Shown: positions 63,443-64,000 of the stretch, piece by piece
How positions within the stretch are numbered: position 1 is the first letter of the stretch
Layout of the letters: each line of letters begins with the position of its first letter
Origin: Felis catus
Lineage: Eukaryota
Assembly (NCBI RefSeq): GCF_018350175.1
Contig: NC_058383.1
Location: forward strand, 12,960,001-13,024,000
Reading direction: 5' to 3'
Length of the DNA stretch: 64,000 nt
Notes under the pieces: model-generated
The model's database searches: none
What the model was told of the DNA's origin: nothing
Seen by the model: only the letters and a program-made list of their open reading frames with translations
Translations under genes and position numbers: made by a program

Positions 63443-64000
63443 CTAAAGCCCAGGATGTAGGAGATGCTGATATGAAGATGACAAAATCCATGGCATGTCT
63501 GTGACAATTTTCCTTTTCTATATTCCTAGCAAATACCATAAATGGATCTCAGAACTCTGATCTGATTTTTCTGAACCCACTACTCTAGAGTGTATTGGCT
63601 ATGAGGCAAAGATGAATCCCCATCCCTGTTAGTGGAAGCTTAGAGGGATTTTTGGTGAGGAGAAAACGTTACAGAACTAAATCCTGTCTTTTGAGATAGC
63701 TCTTTTGATTCAGGGTTGAAGATTTGTGCCCAGAGGATCCCCCCCACCGCTGCAAAACCATCATCGCTATTGCAGCCTTTCCCTTTATTGCCTGTTAACC
63801 CAGGCATGTGACAAGGGTAAGATTTCTAGAGATTGCTGTGGAGGAAGAAAGATTTTGGTGAGTTTGAGAAAGTCTCGAGACTGATTCGGGGTGAATAGCA
63901 CTTGTCATTCAATAGTGTCAGTGCGGGTTACTGGTGTTTGGGGGAAGTTATTGGTTGGACAAAGACGTTTCCTAGAATCATGTAGGGGACTTAAAGTGTT

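Noticed and set aside
1..64000. CRISPR array, operon, defence system or endogenous viral ORF
   Set aside because: The DNA is eukaryotic and repeat-rich, with no regularly spaced repeat-spacer units and no long or recognisable ORFs

Overview
Mammalian non-coding DNA, almost certainly from a felid such as the domestic cat, because it carries 20 tRNA-derived CAN-SINEs and three belong to the youngest felid-type subfamily. The rest is typical placental interspersed repeat: MIR, L2, old L1M fragments, many MER5 hAT-Charlie MITEs and MLT1 LTRs, plus microsatellites. I found no recognisable protein-coding exon, RNA gene or prokaryotic-type system, and the listed ORFs are chance or repeat-derived. 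The 15:5 antisense bias of the SINEs and a visually T/G-rich + strand suggest the interior of a long intron of a + strand gene, which I cannot name. Several repeat-free blocks rich in homeodomain, TALE and SOX motifs look like conserved developmental enhancers. The most interesting local structures are a candidate recursive splice site or cryptic exon near 25.08 kb, an alternating-orientation SINE cluster at 35-39 kb, an L1 relic with its 5' end joined to its 3' end, and a tandem MER5 pair sharing a triplicated 8-bp target site. Repeat subfamily names are by eye and old-repeat boundaries are approximate. I see no convincing novel biological system.
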